From Ostrea edulis (lineage: Eukaryota), in assembly GCF_947568905.1 (NCBI RefSeq), contig NC_079168.1, forward strand, positions 54,312,001-54,376,000: a DNA stretch of 64,000 nt, in the 5' to 3' direction. The notes under the pieces are model-generated. The model saw nothing but the letters and a program-made list of their open reading frames with translations. It ran no database searches and was not told where the DNA came from. A program made the position numbers and the translations under genes. Of the stretch, positions 1 to 12,500 are shown piece by piece (within the stretch, counting starts at the first letter, position 1; each line of letters opens with the position of its first letter).

Positions 1-272
1 TGGTTAATTCATATGCTGTAAAATTTTCAACAGCTAGATTTTCAGACAAATGTGTCTGCAATCATAATACATATTTTAGCAGAATTTCAAAATATCACAT
101 TTCAAAAGCATCATATATGAAATGTTACATTTCAGCCAAAATAAATGCTGCACCATTTTAAAATAATTTGGCTACACTGCAAATATATGGGTAAAATTAT
201 ATTGTTAAGTTAGGGTTGCATTAAGACATTATAATGATACATGGGTCTCTCTTTGACTACTGCTTTACTTAC

Positions 273-506
273 CATACCACACAGTGTCTGCTATGACATT
301 GTCCTCTATTGGAAGCTTATTGGCACCGTAGGCCATGATAGCTGGAGAGAAGCCTTTGTGGAAGGCACATTTCTTGACAAAGGAAGGCTTAATTTCAGAG
401 ACTGTCCCAACATCTACATAGGCGATGGAGCCTCGAGGGTCAGAAGGCTCCACCCATCCCTCCTGCCCAGAGTGGTAAAACTCCACATTAGAAATACGTG
501 CAAAGC
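273..506 (-). CDS. PKHD1L1: Exon 41, PbH1 (ARISNVEFYHSGQEG...CAFHKGFSPAI); gene continues beyond window
   Basis: ttcag|GC acceptor, G|gtaagt donor, 234 nt. Confidence 0.92.
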
Positions 507-3500
507 CTGAAAAACAAACATTCAAGAATTCAATGCATTCTGTGTCAATACCCTCTTTTCAATTTTGTGACAGAGAGCAGAAGTAATAAGAAGCAAACTT
601 TTGCCTGGAAATGACCATGAAATTCTGACAGCAGTCATATTCAATGAAATTTTATGTATAACATGCACCAAATCCAATCTTGGAAAATGTTATCACTCTG
701 AACCAGAATACCAATACCTAGGTACAATGTACGTGTACAATAAATTCAAACAATAAAGGCTAGCTAATTCCAGAACCTTTATAACAATTACAATATAGCC
801 TGCTGTAGCCTAAAAACCAATTCTCAGTCAATATAACCATGGAAGGTGAATATATTGAACAGTGATCAATCTCATAACTCATTTAACAAAACAGAGAGTT
901 GAGCAAATACCTATATACACCATGTGTTTTCTCTTACCTATATACACCATGTGTTCTCTCTCTTACCTATATACACCATGTGTTCTCTCTCTTACCTATA
1001 TAGTGTTCTCTCTCTTACCTATATACACCATGTGTTCTCTCTTACCTATATACACCATGTGTTATACAATGTGTGCTCTATCTATCGATCTTCATTGTAT
1101 ACTTTCAGTCCCTCACCTATATACAAAACATCAGAGTTTTCAGGGTCCTGTGTCCGTCCCACTAAAATTCTGGCACCAAATGACTCTTTATACAATTTGT
1201 CATATGCGGCACCTTCCACCCGAATATTTCTGGTGAGGAGACCCACCTCAGCTGCCATAGTCATTGATTGGTCACCGGCTGTCTCTGTATGAGCTAAAAG
1301 AATAAATATACAAGTACTTGAGTAAAAAGCAAAAATATAAAATACATGCATTGACTCCCTCTCAAGATTGCTTGATATTTTTATGTCATACAAGTTGTCA
1401 GTCAGTTCTTGTATGAGGGCGAGTCAAAAAGTAACCAGCTTAACTTATTTTCGGTAGAAATCCACCTCTTCTTTTTCGATGTAATTGCCCTCTAGTGTGA
1501 TGCAATTAAACCAATGGTGTTCAAGTGCCATCAGCCCAGAATTGAAAAAGTCAGGGTCTTTTCCATTGACCCACTCCTCAACTGCTGTCATGACTTCTTC
1601 ATCAGACCGGAAATGATGTCCATGGATATCCTTTGTCAAGTTTGGGAAAAGGTTCAACATAATAACGCCTTTTGCATCCCAAAATACTGTGGCCATCACC
1701 TTGCCAGCAGATGGTTGTGTCTTGGAACGTCTTTGGCCTCGGGGACCCAGGCCCTACCCACTGACGACTCTGAGCTTCATTCTCTGGCTCATAATAATGA
1801 AATCAAATCTCATCTACAGTCACCAGACGCAAAAGAACCTAAAATTCTTCAACAAGGCGCTGCATACTGATGCTCTGGTTGCCATTTGCTCATTGCTAAG
1901 GGATTTGGAGACCCAACAGGCTGTTAGCTTGCGCATACCTAAACGATCATGTAAGATTGTTGGAACGCTACCGTGTGAAATGCCTAATGCCTGCACTATT
2001 TCTTCCATTCAGGTAGCCACAGTACTCTTTCTTATTTACAGTAGTAATATTGAACTCTAAAATGGGGTTTGGGAAACTTGAATTATAGGAGACTATATTT
2101 TCAGTATATATATATACAAACAAAACTAAGAAAAGATTTTTCAGAACCATGGGAATAATTGTCAGTCTGACTTAAGAAACACAGCTAGTATAGTAAATTT
2201 GTATATCTTGAACTTGTTACGTCTCTGGGTGCCATTTTAAATGCCATACATGTATATACTCCAATCAGATCATGTCCGTCCTTTTCATGATAACCGGAAA
2301 GAAGACTCATGCAGACGTGGATCATGCAACAAGATGCATTTATCAGATTCGCCAGAAGCATGCATGTGGATGAGGTTAAAAGGCTAGAGCTGAATCCCTG
2401 TATGTGTTATTTCAAAGTAAGATTAATTTCACCACAAACTCAGTTTTGGTATCATTCACTCTAATACATAATCATACAAGTGAAAATTCATAGTGTTTGA
2501 ATATACCTTAATAGAAATATGTACGATTATCTTAGATGCATTTGTTTTAGCCTCATGCAAAGCTCGATCATGTTTAATATTGTAACGTATATATCTGTAA
2601 TGTCTTAGATACATTTGTGTACACATAGCAACCGACTCTTGTTGGCGACGATCTACATACGCAGTTTATTTGCGGTTACAGAAATAGCCGAGTAGTTGTG
2701 ATTGGTATAATATCTCTTTCTGATCTGATCTGATACCCTTACTTTATGTCATTCAACGTATCTTATTACACCAGTGTTAATATATGAAAACTTCCAAATA
2801 AATCTAAGTAGTAGAAGTAGGATTGACAGAAATAATAGTCCTTGTGCAAAAATGTAAAATGATCAGAGGAAATTCAGTCTACATGTATATCTTATTGAGT
2901 TATGACCTAGGTTAAAGTTCTTTAAAAGTAGGTCAAACTCCAAGGTGAAGGTCACAAGGTAAAACTTTTCAGTACCAAAGGAAAGGTCTTGTCACAAGGA
3001 ATACACATGCGAAATCTGAAAGCTTTATCACCATCCATTTAAAAATTATGGGCAAGATTAAATTTTTGAGGACAAACAGACAGACCAAAAACTATATGCA
3101 CCCAAATCTCAAATTATGGGGGCATAAAAAGCATAATGCTATTTTGGGGAGATTATGAAAACAATGTTCTGTTAATTGCATACCAAGGTCGTGTATCTAA
3201 CTGTAACAGCCCTTATCAGGAGAAGGCTTATATAGGTGTGTGCATTTCTAGACTGTTGGTGAAAAGTCAAAGTTATAAGTTTTCATACAGAATAGACATC
3301 ACAAAACACAGTGTCTATATCGTTCACAAACAGTGATTGAGAGAGTTTCCAATTGTGTGTATTATGAGGATGATTTAATTGGGAGTGCATGCTCAGTACA
3401 AATGATTTAAAGATGAATATGAATTTCTGCCTTGAAATTTGACATAATACTTAATTTTTTTAATTTCATTACCAAGCACATAAAAATAACCCATTTATGT

Positions 3501-6500
3501 GATATCGGAGTTTAATCTCCTATAAGTTACAAAATTCTACTGTGTGTCAAACAGACAAATGACAAAAGTCTAAGTGTCCCTATGCTTCACTGGTGACACA
3601 AAAATTCAGTAAGTTGACAACCTTCTGAAAGACCCAAATGACCTACATTTGGTGATGCTATTTTCAATTTATTGTGCTTACCAATATGTTTATACTTCAG
3701 AGTGCTGTTGAGGGTCAAAGTCTTCCCATTACTAGAAATGGCTGTAATCCCAAAAGTCTCTGTCTCCCAAACAGAGAAATCTGTTGGGGCGATCACAATT
3801 TCATCACCTACGTTCCATGTGACTGACGTTGCTAGGGTGACTTGATTGTTTCCAGGATTGGCTGTCTGCTCTAGAAGTGTCCAGGAAGTGGCTACATCTT
3901 TTCCATGCAAATCAAGTCCACCGAATACTCCTATGATTATTATAATATGTATCAGTATTTAAACAAATTGTAATTACATGTATCTGTTTTGAACTTTTGT
4001 TGGACCAAGACAAGTATCTTAATATTGTTTTTCTTGATTCATACCTTCAGAACTAGATATGTATAAAAGGTGTACAGAGAAACTTCAAGTTAAACTTCAT
4101 CTTCGCTAGCCAAGGGTTTTCGGTCCACTCTGCATAACAAGGAGTGGCTTGGACCGAAAACCCTTGGCTAGCGAAGATGGTTAAGCTTAATCTGTAACTC
4201 ATCTGCATACAACTACATATGAACGAGGATAGTGAAAAAAGGTCACTTACCATTCAGGAGTACAGGGTTCTAAAGTTTATGACAACAATGATGACAGACA
4301 ACTGATAAATTTTAATCAGAATTATAGCTCATGTGAGCCTCTGGATCATTGGGCTAAAATATACTGAACAGGCTTTTTACAAAGGGAGTTATAATGATAT
4401 TAACCTATGACATTTTGACCAGACACCAAAATATATAGTGCATTATAAGATTATATGTATCATGTAAAGAAAAACTGACCTAAATACATTCTTAGACCTC
4501 TATCTATAAATCTATCAATACTATACAGTAAAGGGTTCTCATATCACTGTGTGGACAATATTTTCTGTGTACAAAAAAGTTTGACTTCTGACCTTTGACC
4601 TTATATCAAATCATATCAGATATCAAAATCAATGAAAATTATTTACTTCTCAGAATCTAAATGTATACCAAGTTTGATGTCTATATCCAGCATAGGTTCT
4701 CAAAATATTAGGCAGACAATATTTTCTCATGTCCAGAGTAGTTTAACATTGATCTTTGACCTTTTAAAAAATCAAAAAGTGCTATATACCCTTTAGGGGG
4801 TACCAGTGTGCAATGTTTGATGTCATTAAGCAAAGTGTTCTCAAGATATTCAGCACACAACATTTTCTTATCCAGAGTAGGTTGACCTTTGACCTTGTGA
4901 CCTAAAGATTGCAGTCATTCACTTCTAGTGTGACAGGCTTGATGAAAAGTGAAGATTACCAAAGAGTGATAAAGCTTACATGTATATTAAGTTTGATGTC
5001 TATCAAATTCTCAAAATATTAAACAGACAATATTTTCTCATGTCTGGAGTAGTTTGACCCTAACCTTTGACCTTGTGACCACAAATTCAATATAGAGGGG
5101 CCATTAACTTACTAGGGGTACCAGTGTACCAAGTTTAATGTCTATCAAGCATAGGGTTCTCTAGATGTTAATCAGAAAACATTTTCTGTCCAGAGCAGTT
5201 TGACCTATGACTTTTGACTCTGTCACTTTCAAATCAATAGAGGTCATCTACTTTTTAGGGGATACCAATACACCAAGTTTCATGTTTGTCAAGCAAAGGG
5301 TTCTCAAGATATTGCTTGGTCTACTGATCAAATGACTGGCCAATAGGTGCAAATCAAAATGCCCCCTCTTTTTCAAAGGAGGGGAGGGGGTATAAAATTT
5401 AGCCCAATAATGGCAACAATAGCATAAAATATCTAGAAAACAACTATAAAATGAAAGGACAGATAGTGGTAACAGTACGTCTTACAGTAACATGCTCCTG
5501 CCATTTTATGGCAAAGGTTAACTGATAATATTCCAACAGTCACTTGGGGAAAAAGTAATCTTGTGAAATTCTTTATGGAAAGTTTAAGAAATTTTTGAGA
5601 TCCAATTTTCCCATTTAATTTTCTAAATCAGTGCAATATTTTTGCAATATCTACTAACAATGATTTCCCTATACCTATTGCTTTAGATCCAACTGGTGGC
5701 CCAGACGTTGTGGGGTATCTTGGTGTAGAATGCTCCCCATGCAGGAGAATCAAAGCTTTTCCAGGGAAAGGTTTGTCTGGCCACCCAACAATCAAACGGC
5801 CTCCCAATATAACGATGTACGTACAGTTCAAAACAAAGTTCTTCGTGCCATTGGTGCCGTCCAGTTCTAACACCCCATAGAGAACCAGCTTACCCATTGA
5901 TGGTAGCTCTATGTCTGCTACCACCCACTGACCTGATAATCAAACAAATTCAACACTTGATGTAAAATTTGACTTCCAATACATATATTTATAATTTTGG
6001 TAATTCAATTTAAGGCATTTGAAATGCTTCAGAACACTTTTATGCATAATATGCTCCTGTTAATTTCCACTTTGAACAATCCCTGCTTGTGCTTGATTTT
6101 AAAAATAGAGTGGAAACTTCATACTTTTGCATTGTATTACCTATAAAGCATTCCTTCAACAGTCTATTCAAAGAACAGCTTGGCATGTGAATGTATAAAG
6201 GGCCTGCTTTTTATGGGGAAACATTGTCATGCTTTGTCATATATTACAAGCAATCTGAATATAAATGATTATATCCTAAGCACAGTCCTAAAAATTAAAT
6301 GTGCATCAAGAATCAATAACAGCTCTATCAACAAGCATATAATAATTAGATCAAAGGTTGTGCTGAGATAATACAGTTTTGAAAAAATGTCTTAAATATT
6401 TGGCTGTTTGAATGAAACTTTAACAAAATACTATAATAATGTACTTTGTGACACCATTAAGTACAATTCACTGCAAAAATTATGTCATAATCATAGAATT

Positions 6501-9500
6501 TAATTTATGAAACATTTTCTAATTATTTTGTATGCCAAAGAGTGAAAATCATCAACTTGGATTATTTTGAAATTTTCCACGTGAACCTTGTCCTATGAAA
6601 TTCTTGGTCAGACTCAGATGATGTCAATGACACTTTGACCATCATAATTTGAATGTCAGCTTAACACACAGATTTAACCATATGCATTCAGCAAACTCCG
6701 AAATAACAGCCCCCTTTCTCCAGGCCTGGAGGTTATTGAACTGATACTCAAACTCAGTCATCTTTGTTTTGAATACTACTCTGAGCAAGCTCCGAAGCAT
6801 ACTTGAAAAAAATCTTGAGCATGTACTCCATTTGAGTATGAGAATGATTTTATAAAAGTAATTTATAACCGAATCACTTCTCAGTATGAGTACGAATAGA
6901 ACATAGAGTTTGAGTCTAAGTATGAAAAGGTGCTCGAATTTTTTTTATAACCTCCAGGTCAGGACAAGGAATGAAGGCTGGTACACACAAAACTGCATTG
7001 TGAACTGTTACACACCATTATTGTAACATCATAATTTTATCAATTTACTGAGCAACACAGAAGCAATCATGATGTAAACAATTAATGTATATGTGATGGT
7101 GATTTATATCAGGTACAATGAGAAGAAATCTCTACATATATATTCACCTACAACATACATAGCATGATGGAAATTCAATAATTAACGTGACACGTCTACA
7201 GAACAGTCAGTGCAGATATACCTTTATCGATCTTCACATTGTCTCCATCTTTTGGTAGGTCATATGACCCATTACTGATGTATCCACCCCAGCCATTCTG
7301 GGCATTCTTCCACGTTTCCTTTTCAGACCAGTAATTGAAGTCGTACGGTCTCTTAGTGACTGGGGGGACTGTGTTAGGGTCTACTGGAGCGATGCAGTCC
7401 ACATAATAACACTTGTAGGCTCGGAAAGTCACACTGTACATGTTTTCATCTGCGACACTGCGCTTGCGCCTTGATGCAGACTTTTTGGAGGATACTGGTA
7501 AAACATTTATTGAATAAACAATAAAATGCATTAAGGGCAGTTGACGATCAAATTCAATGTCTGACAAAAAAATAAACTCAAAAACTTTTCATTAAGACCT
7601 CTTATTTCATCGAGACCCCTATACCCCCCTGAATGAAAACTAAACATGATGAATGAAAACTGATTACTATTAACACTCTGTGTATAACACTCTATACAGT
7701 TTTTCTACAGTTGAAAGGGCATATGCATATAGTCTTCAAATGTCACTTTAAATGTACAAAAGTTAATGCATTCCAAAAAAATCGTGTAATCAATGTTGGA
7801 TGACAGAAACTTACAGGGATTTTTATCCCCCTTCCCTTAACTACCTGAATTTAGCTTTTTATCTGACATCCACCTTTTGATCTCGTCCATGAATATTATT
7901 ATTAAGTAGAAAGAAATATATGGTAAAGAAATGAATTTTAGTAAGGAGTTAAAAAATAAAGTACTAATATTTTGAAAATTCATAGTGATGTACGTGTATA
8001 ATACAAGAACCAACACTTTGCTGCAAGTTACATTCCTTGTCTGTCAATTCGTGGTGAAAAAAAAATCTGATTTCCCTATCTAAGGCTTTGTAATGTTCTG
8101 ATCTGTAGTTTTGGTGTTTATTATTTTTTCATCAAATACAGCCATCTACAATAATGGTGGGGCAACCCATTAACTTGTATGGAAACTTAATAATTTGCTA
8201 TAATTCAAATTAACTGTTGCAACCTCTTACAGAAGGAAAACTTGGCTATTCACCAATTGACCTTTGGCTGACCCCGTAAAGGGGGATAATTCAGATTACG
8301 GATTGATAGATGCATTGTATGAAGACATACATTTATGGCAACTATAATTTTCCCCATTCCTTCAAAATTTAAATACTTTAAAAAAAATACCGGTAAGTGC
8401 AATGTTGCAATATTATATTCTTGGAATCTTGCCTGTATTGGGCATTTGCATGATGTAGATGCAAAGGACACAATTTCATTATTTTTCCTATTCCATATTA
8501 CTTTCAAAGCCAGAAAAAAGAAGTGTCACTGGATCTACTTGTTTACATTTGATGAATCTGTTTTCATCATAATTAGACCAATAAAACTTCATTGAAACTT
8601 ACTGATATATTTGATCTCATTGTCATTCTTGAGGTATTCCCATTGTCCGTGCACAGTATTGCCATCAATATTCCGCGTAGGTTCAATGTTTGTGGTTCCA
8701 TCTAACATAAATCTGTCAGGTCGGGTGGAGACTTTCTGTCGCATGATCACATATTCATAGCTTCCAGAATTATTCTGCAAGTCGACATTAACTTATGTAA
8801 TTTCTGTGAAATGCTATACTCTTGAGCATGGCCATATTAAATTGTGGGAAAAAACGACCTTGACAAGTGGCCTTAACCTTTATTAATCACCCATTTCTTA
8901 CCACAACCTTTTAGTTTCTAAAGTATGAAATATATATCTTGTATCGTTAAAAAGTAATGCACCACCAATGTAAAGGTTGTGGAGAGACAATGAAACACTC
9001 GGGCCTAGAACAATACTACCTCCAATTTTCCATCCTTTCACACTTCTAAAGCTACATGTACACCATGATCAGCTTACAGAACTGCTTACATTTATCTATA
9101 AATCAATAATAATGCACCATGATCTACAGTTTGCAATTGATAACAGAATCACTTACCTTCTGAAATCTATCAAATGTACCAGTATAACTTATATTGGTAA
9201 TCTGACCAGCATCCTTAAAATAATAGAAATAGTCCTCTCCATCTAAAAGTATAGTCATCCATCCCAACTTATGAGTCACAGCTTTCTTTCTCCATGGTAC
9301 TGAGTCATTTCCATGGCGATTAACAAACACAAAATCCTTGTAGTTCAGTGCTGATGGACTGATTCCATTGAAAGAGAAGCGATGGTATTTGATTCCTGGG
9401 GGGCAGGCTCTTGCTGGGATGCTGCCACTAATATTGCTGAATTTAGGGAATGAAACACATGAAGGTGGCAAGGTGTCTGAAGCTGAAATAACTGCTTTTC

Positions 9501-12500
9501 CAGCATTGGCAGCTATGGAGGCTGCATTCCCAGTCTCTCCTATCAATGTTCCATCCAGATCTCTGAGGACCCCAGCCCATTGCCATGGGTATGTGCCTTT
9601 GTTTGGGGCAGATACCCACTTCAAATTTCTTGTCTCATAGTAAAATCCTCCACAATGCACAGGACATGTGCCGTCAATCCTTGCAAAATCGAAACCTACA
9701 CAATTACTCTCATCAAAATTTACAAAGCGGACTCCATCTATAGTCATTCCATTGCCATAAGGCAGAATAAAACCCGCTCGTGTACAGCCCTGTTCTTTTC
9801 GGGTGAGACTTGGAGCATGTCCGACTATAAGCAAGTCCTTGAAAAGCTGGTCTCCTTCAATGATAAGCTTCCCTTCATACCCAGCCTTCTGGTTATTGAC
9901 CAGTACAAATTCCCTGCACTCCAGTGCTCCTCCATTCACAATTTCTGCACCTTTCTCATTGTTCCATGCAGTGAGAGACTCAAACAGGGACTTGGCAGGG
10001 GTTTTGGATGAACACCCACCCCCCTCTCTAGTCTTTATGGTTGCAAATATCCACAGACCAAACCAGCCATTGGAATGTGCTGTATTGTTTCTGAACACTC
10101 GTACAGGAATATGCTGGGGACAAATACTACTGTCAAATGAAGGGCCATCCGGATGTTGATGCATTCTGTACCAGAATCCAAAATGGGTGCCACCTACTGC
10201 CCGATTATGTTGAATTGTGTTATCTGGATTTGTCACCCAGTATGCTGCAGGTGTTACATCATCATTTTGAAGACTGCTGGATTCTCTCACAAACATAAGT
10301 AGATTGTACTGAACCGTGCTTCCAGTTTCTATTCCATCCTCAAAGAAGAAAGCACCACCCATGACATTATACGCAACATTGTGTTCCACAAGGACATTGT
10401 GTGAACCATGAATATTTATAGCTCTGTTGAATGTGTTATAAATTCCACAACCTCTGACATATGATCCATTGGTATCTCCATTCAGATGAAAATGAATGGG
10501 ATATCTTCCGAGTCGGAAGGCTTGACCAGCATGTGTCACCTCCACATACTCCAGACGAGCATGAGACATACTTCCAGATTGTTTAGGGGAGTGGATCATG
10601 ATTTGGGCTCCAAATTGGTCACTTCCCATCTCCTCCCCAAAACGGCCCTGGAAACACGTCTGAGTGGCAAATTCACCTGAAAGTGCAATGACAAATTGTT
10701 TTGGATTAACTCATCTTGTATATTGCTTTGAATTACCACAATTTCTATCAGGGTTCTTCTGTGTAAATGAAGCTCATTCAAAATGGACTATATATACAAC
10801 ATGGGATATGTTAAGTATGAAATCAACCATAATTCTCAAACAAGAAAAATCCCACATGACAAACTATTAATCAAAACCAGCCTATACTAAATGATGTACA
10901 CATACCTGTATCAAAACCATCAGGACATGCTTCAATTTTCTCTACAAACTCCTGATTACTGTCTCCCCTTACAACAACATTTCTGGACACCATGCCAACC
11001 TCTGCCCTGAAATCAACATCAGTGCCATCGAAAGTCTCTGTGACTCCCAAATGTTCATACTTCAATGGCTCCGTTAGGGTTATGGTTATGTTGTCATTGG
11101 CAATGGCCTGAATGACCCTGAGCTCTGTTTCCTTTTGAGAGTGTCTGTGGCTTGTAGTTGCTATGACGATTTTATCTCCTGCTTTCCAAGTGACAGCTTC
11201 TTTCAAAACGATGGTAGAATTTCCTGCTGATGCTGTTTTATCCAGCGTTGTCCATGGAATTGGTACTGGTTTTCCTAAAATAACACAAAAAAATCTTCAA
11301 AAACTTAAAATCATGTCAAAATGGCCTTAAAGTTATACTAGCTCTCATTTTTTGTGTCGAAATTTTTTGTTGCAAAAATGTGATTTATCATTTCAACGAC
11401 AGAAAAAAACAAGAGGTACTGTGAGCAATGCTCACTAAGAATACCCCCCGCTTACCCCAATCTCCCAAAGGGTGTTGGTAATAGGTATAAACTACCTCTT
11501 TTCTGAGTGTAAAAAACAAATGGCATGACAAACCGAACCATATATTGCTACTTCGGTGTCCAGTGTGCTTGACCTTTGGACCCCAAAATCGATAGGGAAC
11601 ATCTTCATCCCATGGGTAGTCCATATGTATAATATGGTGACTGTAGGTGGAAAGGATAACGCTTTAGAGCCCGGAAACCATATTGCTACTTCGATGTCCA
11701 GTGCACTTGACCTTTGACCTTTTGACCCCAAAATCGATAGGGAACATCTTCATCCCATGGGTAGTCTATATATATGATGTGGTGACGGTAGGTGGAAAGG
11801 ATAATGCTTTACAGCCTGGAAACCATTGCGTCTACAGACGGACGGACGGACAGACAGACGGACAACCCGATTCCAGTATACCCCCCCACAACTTGTTGCG
11901 GGGGGTATAAATAAGAAATATAAACTTTTGATATTGGTATTTGTTTTAGAAAACCTATCCAGAGGCTCTGAATGAAGTAAAATTACATTATTGTCTTCCC
12001 GTACAAAAATTTATTTCTATATCATGCTATATTTCAATAGAACCGAAATCTGTATTTTCATAAAATCTTAAACTTAATTTTGATTTTATCAATGACCATG
12101 GTTAAGGTTACATACAAAACTATCGTAATAGCACATATTAAAAATAAAATAAAATTTTCAGATTGAGAACTATTATAACATTAAAAACAAGATAAGATAC
12201 AATTTAGTATGATTTGTTTTTGTTAAAAACAAATGTCTCCCCAGTACCCCAAATTGAAAGTGCTCCAAATTACACCCCTCCCCTTAATGTACTGCATGGT
12301 ATGGAGGAGAAAGCAAGAGCAGCAACATTATCTGCACTTTGTGTATTGAGGAAGAAGATGGAGAAAAGATTCAACATCAATGTGACTAATATGATACAAA
12401 AATAATGAGTGTTATATACTGAAGTACCAGTTGGAAAGTTAACATACCCTTGTATATGAAAAAAAAGCTATAAAATACTCCTCTTTGATCCATTGGAAAT

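Noticed and set aside
862-1292. Plus-strand ORFs of 124 and 122 aa
   Set aside because: Translations of the minisatellite plus the antisense of exon 40.
9368-10159. Plus-strand ORFs (also 16113-16748, 17264-17545, 241-510, 23972-24274)
   Set aside because: Antisense shadows of PKHD1L1 exons.
11388-11910. Short ORFs in 11388-11910 (similarly 42799-43020, 48504-48794, 44861-45067)
   Set aside because: All lie within interspersed repeats and have no coding hallmarks.
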